DNA of 64,000 nucleotides from a virus. The position numbers and the translations under genes were made by a program. Position 1 is the stretch's first letter. Every line of letters starts with the position of its first letter. This document shows, in pieces, positions 33,963 through 41,884 of the stretch. The notes below the pieces were generated by a model, which saw only the letters and a list, made by a program, of their open reading frames with translations, had not been told where the DNA came from and ran no database searches. The stretch lies in the IMG/VR virus record IMGVR_UViG_3300045911_000602. One strand, written 5' to 3'.

Positions 33963-35216
33963 ATGATTACTTACAAACTTCCAATTCAACTAACCGACGA
34001 CGAAAAGAAGATGATCCTTGAATTCCAAAGGATTCAATCTTCAATGATTCGTTCTGCATATAAGCAAGCTGAATATGGTTGTGCTGAAATCTCTATAAGA
34101 CAGGAAATTCGAGACAGATTTAAAGATCAACTCGATTCCTGGTTCCAACAATCAGCGGTCAAATGTGGAATCGGAATGTTCAAATCCGATCACGAAACTG
34201 GTCGATCTGGTCGAATCTTTGGTGGCAAAGGCAATCTGATTAGACGTGCAAAAGGATTGATCAGCAATGAAGAATGGAAACAAAAACGCCTTCTTCCATT
34301 GTATCTCGTTGGTGAAGCACCAACCAAAGGAAATCGTAAGTTCGAGTTCCGTGAAGACCATGTTGTCTTCAAGCCATATAATGGCTGTAAAATCAAAATT
34401 AATCTACCATCAATGAGAAAAAACTGGTCAAAGATTTGGAAACAATTATTAATTATGACATCTGAGAAGCAAATACCAATCACTGTTTCTTTGACCATTG
34501 ACTCCATTTCCTTTTCTTTTGATGACACCAAGGTAAAACAAGAAATCAAAAAAATTCCAAAACCAATCAAGAATAGATATGCTGGAATTGATATGAATCC
34601 AAATTATATTGGCATTTCTGTTTTTAATGGAACAGAGTTGATTGAAACTAAGCTGTTCTCGTTGAAATCACTGACTGGGAAAAATGCCAGTGCTTCAAAA
34701 CTTGAACATGAAACAAGAGAAATTGGGCATGCAATAGGTAAGTGGCTTCAGCATCTACGAGTTGACAAGTTGTTCATCGAAAAGCTAAAATTTAAACAAG
34801 GCGATAAAAGGATAGGTAAGAATTTTAATCGCTTAACACAGAACCAATGGAAGAAAATAACTTTAAGGTCAATTCTAGCCAAATACTTTAAGTTATATGA
34901 AATCAATGCTGCCTATTCCTCAACAATTGGCAATACTTTACATCCCGAATTACCAGACCCGATAGCCGCAAGTACTGAGATTGCACAACGAGGCTACCGG
35001 CTTGTGATACTCAAGAACAAACAGTTCTATCCAAAACTACCAGCAATAAAGTATCTAGAGGACCTATGGAAGGAAACCAAGATACCTTTGGTCAATAACT
35101 GGAAAGAACTACATTCTTGGGTCAAAAACTCGAAATTGAAATATCGAGTTCCGGTTCCAGACGAATCGGTTTTTAGAATTTTTCAGTCACCAGCTAGTTT
35201 GGTTGGTGTTCTATAG
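33963..35216 (+). CDS. tnpB: TnpB-like RuvC nuclease (IS607-associated type) with no zinc-finger cysteines, copy 1
   Basis: RuvC-like triad candidates are AGIDMNPN (D), LFIEKLKF (E) and ELPDPIAASTEIAQRG (D). AAYSSTIG replaces the usual PxYTSQxC. There are no CxxC pairs in the C-terminal half. Confidence 0.75.
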   Translation: MITYKLPIQLTDDEKKMILEFQRIQSSMIRSAYKQAEYGCAEISIRQEIRDRFKDQLDSWFQQSAVKCGIGMFKSDHETGRSGRIFGGKGNLIRRAKGLISNEEWKQKRLLPLYLVGEAPTKGNRKFEFREDHVVFKPYNGCKIKINLPSMRKNWSKIWKQLLIMTSEKQIPITVSLTIDSISFSFDDTKVKQEIKKIPKPIKNRYAGIDMNPNYIGISVFNGTELIETKLFSLKSLTGKNASASKLEHETREIGHAIGKWLQHLRVDKLFIEKLKFKQGDKRIGKNFNRLTQNQWKKITLRSILAKYFKLYEINAAYSSTIGNTLHPELPDPIAASTEIAQRGYRLVILKNKQFYPKLPAIKYLEDLWKETKIPLVNNWKELHSWVKNSKLKYRVPVPDESVFRIFQSPASLVGVL

Positions 35217-35298
35217 ATTTGTATTGCTTATATGAATTTATATGGAAAATTTATTTTATATTGTTCAGTAATAGTCAACTGTTCAGTTTTATGACAGA

Positions 35299-36075
35299 TT
35301 ATGTTTCTTCTTTTCCAAACAATTTAGCGTAATGTGTTTTAAATTTGTTTAAATATTTTTGATCATACTTGCCTTTTTTAAAAGCAGTAATTCCTTTATT
35401 ATAAGCAATAATAGCACTTTCTTTATCTTTCAATTTGTCAAAATAATGAGCTAATATATCAGCACCATGTTTAATTTGATTTTCAATGTTGTTTAATTCT
35501 TCTTTTGGTATATTCCATACACCCGGTCGTATTTGGGTTAATCCGATAGCGGGATCTTTTTTTAATTTTGATTTGGCGCTTGGATCAAAGCTAGACTCAA
35601 TTGCAACGATAGAAAGTATGTCTTTTGCGCGAGGAAAATCAGGCCTTTCATACTTATGAGCAAGATCAACAACCTGTCGAACTACGTTTTTGTCTGCACC
35701 CTTGAATATATTATTAATTGTCGAAACGTAAGTTTCTTTTTTTTGTTTTTCTTCTTTATATAGTTTAAATTGAGCATCAACAGCTCTTAACATTTGTTCT
35801 TTTGTAATTTTTGTTTTATCGTCTGTGCCCGGAAACAAATCAACAATTTTTGAAATTTGTTCTTGTGTAATATTATCAATAGTATTTTTTACATCTAATA
35901 ACTGATCTTTTGAAAAATTAAATGTGAGCGATGGAAATAATATTAATGCTGCAGCGATTGCGATCTTTTTATACTTTGTTGGTAGTTTTCGAATAATATT
36001 TGCAACGCCTTCTGGCAAATATTGCAAATGTTCTTCGAGGAGTTGATCTTCTAACAAAATTTCGTTTAGTTTCAT
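35299..36075 (-). CDS. lytic transglycosylase (SLT domain) with an N-terminal membrane anchor
   Basis: VAIESSFDPSAKS ... AIGLTQI (E-S ... GLxQ) signature. Confidence 0.75.
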   Translation of the reverse strand: MKLNEILLEDQLLEEHLQYLPEGVANIIRKLPTKYKKIAIAAALILFPSLTFNFSKDQLLDVKNTIDNITQEQISKIVDLFPGTDDKTKITKEQMLRAVDAQFKLYKEEKQKKETYVSTINNIFKGADKNVVRQVVDLAHKYERPDFPRAKDILSIVAIESSFDPSAKSKLKKDPAIGLTQIRPGVWNIPKEELNNIENQIKHGADILAHYFDKLKDKESAIIAYNKGITAFKKGKYDQKYLNKFKTHYAKLFGKEET

Positions 36076-36395
36076 TTTGCTTCTTCTATATCAAATTTTA
36101 AAGGGTGTCCGTTTTCTTTAGCGTAGTTTTCTGCTTTAGCAACTTTTGATTCAGCAACGTCTTTTGTATAGGTTCCAACAATTCCTTTTCCGTTGCGGTG
36201 TGTTGTTATCATTAGTTGAGATGCGTGCTGAAGGTTTAAATTAAAAACTTCGTTCAATACGAAAACAACAAAAAAAGCGGGTGTAAAATCGTCGTTTAAT
36301 AAAACGACATTATACATTTTTGGTTTATCATATTTTGTATCTTGTTTTTCAATATCGATGACACCAACTCGTGGGTTCAACGTTTCCAAATTCAT
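36072..36395 (-). CDS. clpS: ClpS-like ATP-dependent Clp protease adaptor
   Basis: YNVVLLNDDFTPAFFVVFVLNEVF ... ASQLMITTHRNGKGIVGTYTKDVAESK matches the ClpS core pattern. Length is 107 aa. Confidence 0.8.
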   Translation of the reverse strand: MNLETLNPRVGVIDIEKQDTKYDKPKMYNVVLLNDDFTPAFFVVFVLNEVFNLNLQHASQLMITTHRNGKGIVGTYTKDVAESKVAKAENYAKENGHPLKFDIEEAK

Positions 36396-36438
36396 TTACT
36401 TACTCCACACATTTCTTAATAAAATATTTATTAAAATA

Positions 36439-36630
36439 TTATTTTTCTTGTTCTAATTTAATACATTTTGCGGTTTTCAGTGTTGTTTGTTCATTATTAA
36501 TTAAAATTGTTTTTGAAGGTAAAACATCAACAATTTTATCACAAAAAAATTTGCTCACTGGTTTTATTTCGATTGTATATTGAGTGTTTTGATAGAATAT
36601 AAATAGTAAAAACCAATAAAGATTAGTCAA
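36439..36630 (-). CDS. hypothetical small protein (63 aa); it may be spurious within the left end of the IS element
   Basis: ORF with a hydrophobic N-terminus that abuts the tnpB start on the opposite strand. Confidence 0.3.
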   Translation of the reverse strand: MTNLYWFLLFIFYQNTQYTIEIKPVSKFFCDKIVDVLPSKTILINNEQTTLKTAKCIKLEQEK

Positions 36631-37875
36631 ATGGTCCTAAGAGCATACAAGTATCGGTTATATCCAACCAAAGAACAAGAACAGTTCTTGTTGCAAAACT
36701 TTGGTGCAGTCCGCTTTGTTTGGAACCAACTTGTAGCTAACTTCAATTCTTGGTCTAAGGACAAACCAGTTCAGACGGTCACAGAAAAGACCTTAAAAGA
36801 CGATCCTAGATATCCTTGGTTGAACGAAGCCATCAGCTACGCTTTGCAACAAAAGCGAATGGACTTTGATGAGACCAAGAAGCAATTCTTCAACAAGAAA
36901 CGAGCAATCAAACTTGGACGGATGAAGTTCAAATGCAAAGGTCGCTCTAGAGATTCTTTTAGGATTCCTGGTTCTGTGCTTCCAAAAGCAAATCTTGAGA
37001 TGTGCGAGACTGGTCAAATTGTCATCCCAAAGATGACTCCAATGAAGATGGTTGTTGATCGGAAGTTCCATGGCATCATCAAGAACATCACCGTTTCTCG
37101 CAACAAAGCAAATCAGTATTTTGTAAGTGTTCTGGTCGAAGAAGCAAAACCAGAGCCTTTACCAAATACCTATCGTGCTGTAGGTATTGATCTTGGGTTG
37201 AAAGATTTGGCTGTCCTTAGTGACGGCCATAGACTAACTAATCCGAGATGGTTTAGAGAAAGCCAATCTAAACTAAAAAGAGCACAACAGCATTTAAGTC
37301 GCAAACAAAAGGGAAGCAATCGTCGTAAGAGACAGCAGCTGAAGGTCAATCGTATCTATTTGAAAATCATCAATCAACGGAACCATCTACATCATGAGTT
37401 TTCCAAGTGGCTTGTTGAGAATTATGACTACATCTATCTTGAAGATCTAGCTGTTCAAGAGATGATGCAATCTAAGTCAAAGACTAGAAACAAGAACATT
37501 GCAGATGCGAGTTGGTCATCATTGGTATCTAAAATTGAGTACAAAGCAAATTGGTATGGCAAGGAATTTGCCAAGGTTGATCGTTACTTTGCTTCTAGTC
37601 AAGTTTGTTCTACTTGTGGTCATCATGATGGAAAGAAATCGCTAGATGTCCGTCAATGGACCTGCTCATCTTGTGGTTCAGTTCATGATCGAGACTTGAA
37701 TGCTGCCAAGAACATTGAACAAGAAGCCTCGAGAGATTTGGTTAATTGGATTAAAAGAGGCAACAGAGAATTAAGCAACTCGGCCGAATCAGTCGAGAAC
37801 AGACATCGAGAAGTGCTAAGACCAGTGGTCGGTACGACATTGGCTGCTTCGTTGAAGTGTCCAGCGATTTTATAA
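36631..37875 (+). CDS. tnpB: TnpB (IS200/IS605-IS1341 type) with a zinc finger; no adjacent tnpA
   Basis: YKYRLYPTKEQ N-terminus, GIDLGLKD (D), IYLEDLAV (E), CSTCG...CSSCG zinc finger and HDRDLNAAKNI (D). Confidence 0.9.
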   Translation: MVLRAYKYRLYPTKEQEQFLLQNFGAVRFVWNQLVANFNSWSKDKPVQTVTEKTLKDDPRYPWLNEAISYALQQKRMDFDETKKQFFNKKRAIKLGRMKFKCKGRSRDSFRIPGSVLPKANLEMCETGQIVIPKMTPMKMVVDRKFHGIIKNITVSRNKANQYFVSVLVEEAKPEPLPNTYRAVGIDLGLKDLAVLSDGHRLTNPRWFRESQSKLKRAQQHLSRKQKGSNRRKRQQLKVNRIYLKIINQRNHLHHEFSKWLVENYDYIYLEDLAVQEMMQSKSKTRNKNIADASWSSLVSKIEYKANWYGKEFAKVDRYFASSQVCSTCGHHDGKKSLDVRQWTCSSCGSVHDRDLNAAKNIEQEASRDLVNWIKRGNRELSNSAESVENRHREVLRPVVGTTLAASLKCPAIL

Positions 37876-37935
37876 GATTTTATGGAATCGCATGATTATC
37901 ATGATAACAAGCAACCAATTCATAAGTTTCTTGTT

Positions 37936-38175
37936 TTACCAAAAATAAGATACGTTGCCGTGGTTATTTGTTTCGACACGAATTCTTGTTTCGTGTTGTT
38001 TTACTTTTTCTTTAATTAAATCAATTATTTCTTTTCCAAAGATAGCATAACCTTCTTCACCAAAAAGATCAGCAAGAGCAACATTTTCTGGAGTGATTGT
38101 ACCTTCTAGTACAAAAGTAATTTCCGGTCGGTATGTTTGTTTATTGTATTTTATATCAAAATGAGTAATCTTCAT
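37936..38175 (-). CDS. hypothetical protein (79 aa)
   Basis: ORF immediately downstream, on the minus strand, of copy 1 of the 197-nt element. Confidence 0.6.
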   Translation of the reverse strand: MKITHFDIKYNKQTYRPEITFVLEGTITPENVALADLFGEEGYAIFGKEIIDLIKEKVKQHETRIRVETNNHGNVSYFW

Positions 38176-38212
38176 AGTGTGAGATCTCCTGCAATTATTT
38201 ATCGTCTTTTAA

Positions 38213-38409
38213 GCCGAGAAACCCATGTGATCTTCAGTCACGTGGATGAATCGGCCCATTGGTATCTAATTAATTTGTAGTCATAAATAGTAATGTCTGG
38301 TTGTGGGACGCAGTCGGACATTAAACAAAAACCGAAGGAGGCGTCGATGCTGTTAGGTCGAGTCAATGAGTTCGGAAACCGTGTCGTGTTTAGCTACGCG
38401 GTAGTTCAT
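38213..38409 (-). ncRNA. conserved noncoding element of about 197 nt, copy 1: a candidate structured RNA. Strand is tentative.
   Basis: About 80 percent identical to 42540-42735, with long invariant cores (AGTAATGTCTGGTTGT, GGACGCAGTCG, TTAAACAAAAACCGAAGGAGGCGTCGATGC, GAGTTCGGAAACC, TTTAGCTACGCGGTAGTT). No conserved ORF. Confidence 0.45.
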
Positions 38410-38426
38410 GTGCTAATTGATGTTGA

Positions 38427-38499
38427 TAGCAAACGCGGGATTCGAACCCACGGTTCGTACTACTAGAAACAACGCTTTAAATACATTTAACCCTTTGCC
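38427..38499 (-). tRNA. tRNA-like element (73 nt) with anticodon loop UU-CUA-GU, as in an amber suppressor. It is non-canonical and may be a pseudo-tRNA.
   Basis: The T-arm GUGGG-UUCGAAU-CCCGC is good, and acceptor GGCAAAG/GUUUGCU has 6 of 7 pairs. The anticodon stem has U.U and G.G mismatches. The D-arm is UUAA/UUAA and lacks the GG. Confidence 0.35.
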
Positions 38500-38596
38500 G
38501 CCTCGTGACTAGCACGATATTGTTGGATTTCGCCGGGCGGCTGATTAACTATCAAACACGTAAATGAACTATAAAAATTAGAGTATTAATTTTTAG

Positions 38597-38668
38597 TATC
38601 CCCCCACGGACTCGAACCGCGACTAAAAGTTTTGGAGACAATTGTGCTAGCCATTACACCAAGGGGAT
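38597..38668 (-). tRNA. tRNA-Trp(CCA), no encoded CCA end
   Basis: Acceptor AUCCCCU/GGGGGAU; D-arm GUGU-AAUGGCUA-GCAC; loop CUCCAAA; T-arm CGCGG-UUCGAGU-CCGUG. The anticodon stem has two U.U mismatches. Confidence 0.6.
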
Positions 38669-38766
38669 AAATTTAGCCTCACTATCTGAACTTGATAAAG
38701 TTGCAGCACTGAGTGCTATTCAAACCAACGTTGCGTTTAATTTTTAAAGAGCAGCATAACAAATAA

Positions 38767-38798
38767 AAAGGGCGACTTGATTTTTCGAGCCGCCCTTT
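38767..38798. terminator. bidirectional Rho-independent terminator hairpin AAAGGGCG-N16-CGCCCTTT, flanked by A/T runs
   Basis: Read directly. T-runs follow the stem on both strands. It lies downstream of the 42493-to-39015 minus-strand operon. Confidence 0.6.
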
Positions 38799-39014
38799 CT
38801 TTTTGTTCTATTTTGGTTTTTTGTTTATTTGATAGATTCTCCAAAAAGGGCGAAGCGTGGAAGATGGCTGTGCCATTCGAGGCCAAAATGCTTTCCTAGC
38901 CAAATTAAGCTATCTGAACGATTTGAGGATGATAATATTTTAAATCTCTTAAACATTTTTTAGTTAAATTGTGAGTTTATTTTATAATATTTAGGAAATT
39001 TCGTCAACAAATTT

Positions 39015-39314
39015 TTATTTATTTTTTAAATTTTTTATAACTTGTTGATTTACATATTTTTTAAATTTGCTTACAAAATCTTCAATTAAAATATCTCTTT
39101 CGTGTTGAAGATATTCTTCGCTTGAATCATATTTGTTTCTTAAATTTGAGCTCTTTTGATATTGTTCTTCAGCATATACTTTTATCATTTCGGCCAGATG
39201 CTTACCTACAATTTCGGTGAGCGTTTTTTCTTTCTCTCGCATCTGATCCAAACGAGACGATACAGATGATTCAGTTATATTAAAGTTAAATCCCTTGTAA
39301 AGATCAAAATTCAT
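39015..39314 (-). CDS. hypothetical protein (99 aa)
   Basis: ORF coupled to the upstream gene. Confidence 0.65.
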   Translation of the reverse strand: MNFDLYKGFNFNITESSVSSRLDQMREKEKTLTEIVGKHLAEMIKVYAEEQYQKSSNLRNKYDSSEEYLQHERDILIEDFVSKFKKYVNQQVIKNLKNK

Positions 39315-39703
39315 TTGTTTTCCATTTTTGCAAGTTTGGTGTAATAGTTTGGATCTTCAAGTAAATGATCAAGTGCTATTTCGCGAGCAACCTTAATATT
39401 GGTGGTATGCTCCATTTCCACTTGTATTCCTTTTTTTAGTTGATCCATAATATGTTTAAAACTTACTCCATGGAAATTAGCAATATATGTTGGTGTGTAT
39501 GTTTTAACATCGAGCACTTTTTTGTTTTCATACATTTCTCTTCTTGATTTTTGTTTTTCTTTTGCTCTCGAAAAATCATGTTTTTGATCAAAGTGCGCTC
39601 CGCCTTTCTTTGTACGAAGAACGTCATGAAGAGTTTTGCTTCCTGCTGGCTTTTGTTTTTTTAGTTCTTCGACATAATCCTTAAAAGTTAGATTTTTTTT
39701 CAT
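39311..39703 (-). CDS. hypothetical protein (130 aa)
   Basis: Track ORF trimmed to MKKNLTF (AAGGA RBS). C-terminal block EMEHT...ALDHLLEDPNYYTKL. Confidence 0.65.
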   Translation of the reverse strand: MKKNLTFKDYVEELKKQKPAGSKTLHDVLRTKKGGAHFDQKHDFSRAKEKQKSRREMYENKKVLDVKTYTPTYIANFHGVSFKHIMDQLKKGIQVEMEHTTNIKVAREIALDHLLEDPNYYTKLAKMENK

Positions 39704-39713
39704 AATTTTTTCC

Positions 39714-40016
39714 TTACCACATTTTACATGACCAATATCTTGGTGTTGTTTTATCCGTTGCTTGATCACACTTATGTCTTGCTCTAAACGCTTTTCTTCT
39801 TTCCGGAATATGTTTTTTAATTTTTAAATTCGGATCACCAAATCTAACAATAATGACATTTCCTTGTTCATTTTTTACATAAACAGCAAATTTTTTTGGA
39901 CCTCCTGGAGTTCTGAATGGTTTATTTAATTGAACTTTACGACCTTTATATTCTGTCTCTTCAATTAAATCCCATTCAGTAAGTAAGTCTTCTGTTAAAA
40001 TTTGCTCCAACAACAT
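39714..40016 (-). CDS. hypothetical protein (100 aa)
   Basis: Track ORF trimmed to MLLEQIL, just after the stop of 40018..40587. Confidence 0.65.
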   Translation of the reverse strand: MLLEQILTEDLLTEWDLIEETEYKGRKVQLNKPFRTPGGPKKFAVYVKNEQGNVIIVRFGDPNLKIKKHIPERRKAFRARHKCDQATDKTTPRYWSCKMW

Positions 40017-40017
40017 T

Positions 40018-40587
40018 TTATTCTTTGGCCTGTTTAATAACAATCATATTGTCAATTAAATTTGGATAGGGACGTCCCGCTCTTCTTGCTCTAGCTTTTG
40101 CTTTTTTGATTTGTTGTGAAGTCATTTTTCTTCCTTTAGAAGGGGAATCCTTTTCCCAAGGGTTTTCATCTTCTTTAATTGTTTTCTCCCAACGTTCAGC
40201 ATAATCGGTTGAAAATTTTTCTGCTTTTATTTTATATTGTTTTATTCGAGCACCAGCAAAGTATAAATCCATTTCTAGTGGATCTTTTTGAGATTTTATT
40301 GTTCCTTTAAACTCAACATCAAACACATAAAAGTCGTTTTGTTTTTTGAAGTTTGAAATTTTTAATGTTTCGTGATCGACATGTATTTTTAAATCATCAA
40401 GAGTGAAATGATTACCATAACGAATTTCATCGGCAATATGTTCTTTATCTATCTGTTTTACAGGATATTTCACATGTGCTTTTACATTGATGTGATATTT
40501 TTGTTTTTCAGAAGGTTGTCTATCAACGGATGATATTTCATCAGCTTCAATTACAAATTTGTTAACAAGTAATTTAGACAACTTCAT
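40018..40587 (-). CDS. hypothetical protein (189 aa)
   Basis: ORF only. Confidence 0.7.
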   Translation of the reverse strand: MKLSKLLVNKFVIEADEISSVDRQPSEKQKYHINVKAHVKYPVKQIDKEHIADEIRYGNHFTLDDLKIHVDHETLKISNFKKQNDFYVFDVEFKGTIKSQKDPLEMDLYFAGARIKQYKIKAEKFSTDYAERWEKTIKEDENPWEKDSPSKGRKMTSQQIKKAKARARRAGRPYPNLIDNMIVIKQAKE

Positions 40588-40598
40588 AACAATACCTT

Positions 40599-41867
40599 TT
40601 AATTTTTTTCGCTTCGCTTAAAATCAAATAAATCTTTAAGAGAGGGCTTACGACCGCCTCGATAAATAAAATCTCTTACTTTTTCAGGAATGTTGCTAGT
40701 AATTGGATTCATAAAACTTGACAGTTTTATCTGTGCCATCTTTATTGCTTCAACAGTACCTATTTCTAAGTAATCATATAATTCAGTCATTGCAGCGTGC
40801 ACTGTCATACAGAATGATGCTTTTGTGTCATCTCTTGTGTTGTTAAAGTCTGCACAACGTTTAAATACTTCAATAGCATTCTTTAATTCATTTTTAATTT
40901 CTTGAGGAACTTTTACGTTGTTGCCATGAGGATAGGCACCCGAGTAATCTAAGTCTGTTTCGGGTTTTTCTTCTGTGCCAACAGGATCTTTAAATTGGAT
41001 TTCGTCGACTTTTGGCTCGGTTAAGTTAGGGATAATATTAACCTTTTCGTCGGGTTGAGCAGGATTATCACCTGGCTTCGGCATCGTAAAGTTTTCCTTT
41101 ACGGGATGTTGTTTGACAAAGTCATCATATTTCATAAATTTGCCATTTGCAAATTCAATATATTTTGTTCCATCTTTTGCTTGAATAATTTTTGCGCCTA
41201 GAGGAAGCTTTGGTCTTTTGTCCTTTGCTTCACCTCTCCAAACAAGTTCTGAATGTCTTTCACGACCTTGCATCTGTTCAGAAACTAATGTCAATGCTGC
41301 CGTTTTTACATTTAGTGGTTGAGCGTTTGGAGCATCTTTAATAATAATAACATTGCCCGTACCTGAATCTTGAACGACATTGTATGTTTCGTCTTGATAA
41401 TTAACTTTCTGGCCTGTAAAAAATCGGGCACGTGAAAATGCTCTTTCTTCGTTTTCAGAAGAAGTTGATGACTGTAATTCGCCTTGAGGGACCATTTTTA
41501 CTTTGCCGTCAACTTCTATTCCAACAAAATCTGCTTTACCATCTGGTACCACTACCTTGTATGATTTTCCCTTCCACATTACATGTTGACCGGCTGTAAA
41601 TATTGGTGGAACTGCTGCTCGTTCTTCATCTTCACATCCCGCTTGTTTTCCAAATGTTACTTCCATCTCTTCTGTCAATGGAAGAACTTTTGCTCCATAA
41701 AAACCATAGTTTTGAAGTTTGAGAGCGGCAGCCTCAGCTCTTTCAGGCGAATAGTAAACAGTTGCTTCTTCTAAAGATGTCCACGTTGGTTTATCAAAAG
41801 AAGAAGCAGCTGTAAAATATTCTTTAACGTTTTTTGAACGTGCAATTACATAACCGGTCTTATTCAT
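40599..41867 (-). CDS. hypothetical protein (422 aa)
   Basis: Long ORF with no motif I recognise. Confidence 0.75.
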   Translation of the reverse strand: MNKTGYVIARSKNVKEYFTAASSFDKPTWTSLEEATVYYSPERAEAAALKLQNYGFYGAKVLPLTEEMEVTFGKQAGCEDEERAAVPPIFTAGQHVMWKGKSYKVVVPDGKADFVGIEVDGKVKMVPQGELQSSTSSENEERAFSRARFFTGQKVNYQDETYNVVQDSGTGNVIIIKDAPNAQPLNVKTAALTLVSEQMQGRERHSELVWRGEAKDKRPKLPLGAKIIQAKDGTKYIEFANGKFMKYDDFVKQHPVKENFTMPKPGDNPAQPDEKVNIIPNLTEPKVDEIQFKDPVGTEEKPETDLDYSGAYPHGNNVKVPQEIKNELKNAIEVFKRCADFNNTRDDTKASFCMTVHAAMTELYDYLEIGTVEAIKMAQIKLSSFMNPITSNIPEKVRDFIYRGGRKPSLKDLFDFKRSEKN

Positions 41868-41884
41868 GTTTGTTCCTTAATTTT

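Larger units (their letters stand above)
33348..35259 (+). mobile_element. IS607-family element with a decayed serine-recombinase tnpA and an intact tnpB. The right end is inferred; the left end was not determined.
   Basis: Gene pair architecture. The right boundary is where copy 1 and copy 2 stop matching, after ...AAAATTTATTTTAT. Confidence 0.65.

Noticed and set aside
38359-38379. A hammerhead-like string C(A/G)AUGAG-UUCG-GAAAC in both copies of the element.
   Set aside because: It lacks U4 of the CUGAUGA core. Stem II would be only about 1-2 bp, and no matching stems I and III or cleavage-site triplet could be found.
38213-38409. Minus-strand reading frames conserved between the two 197-nt elements (NYRVAK..VSELIDST*, and a longer ..DCV.QPDIT[IV]YD.K..KYQ.. 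frame with conservative substitutions).
   Set aside because: Copy 2 has no ATG, GTG or TTG start for either frame. Neither copy has an RBS, and the frames end at different places. The number of informative substitutions is too small to prefer coding over RNA. The possibility is kept as a caveat in the finding.
38347-38466. A 39-codon plus-strand ORF inside copy 1 of the 197-nt element, preceded by a perfect AAGGAGG 5 nt upstream of the ATG.
   Set aside because: In copy 2 the same ATG is followed by a stop after four codons (ATG CGG TTA GGT TGA). The copy 1 ORF also runs through the tRNA-like element. The AAGGAGG is more likely part of an RNA helix (GACGC...GCGUC region).
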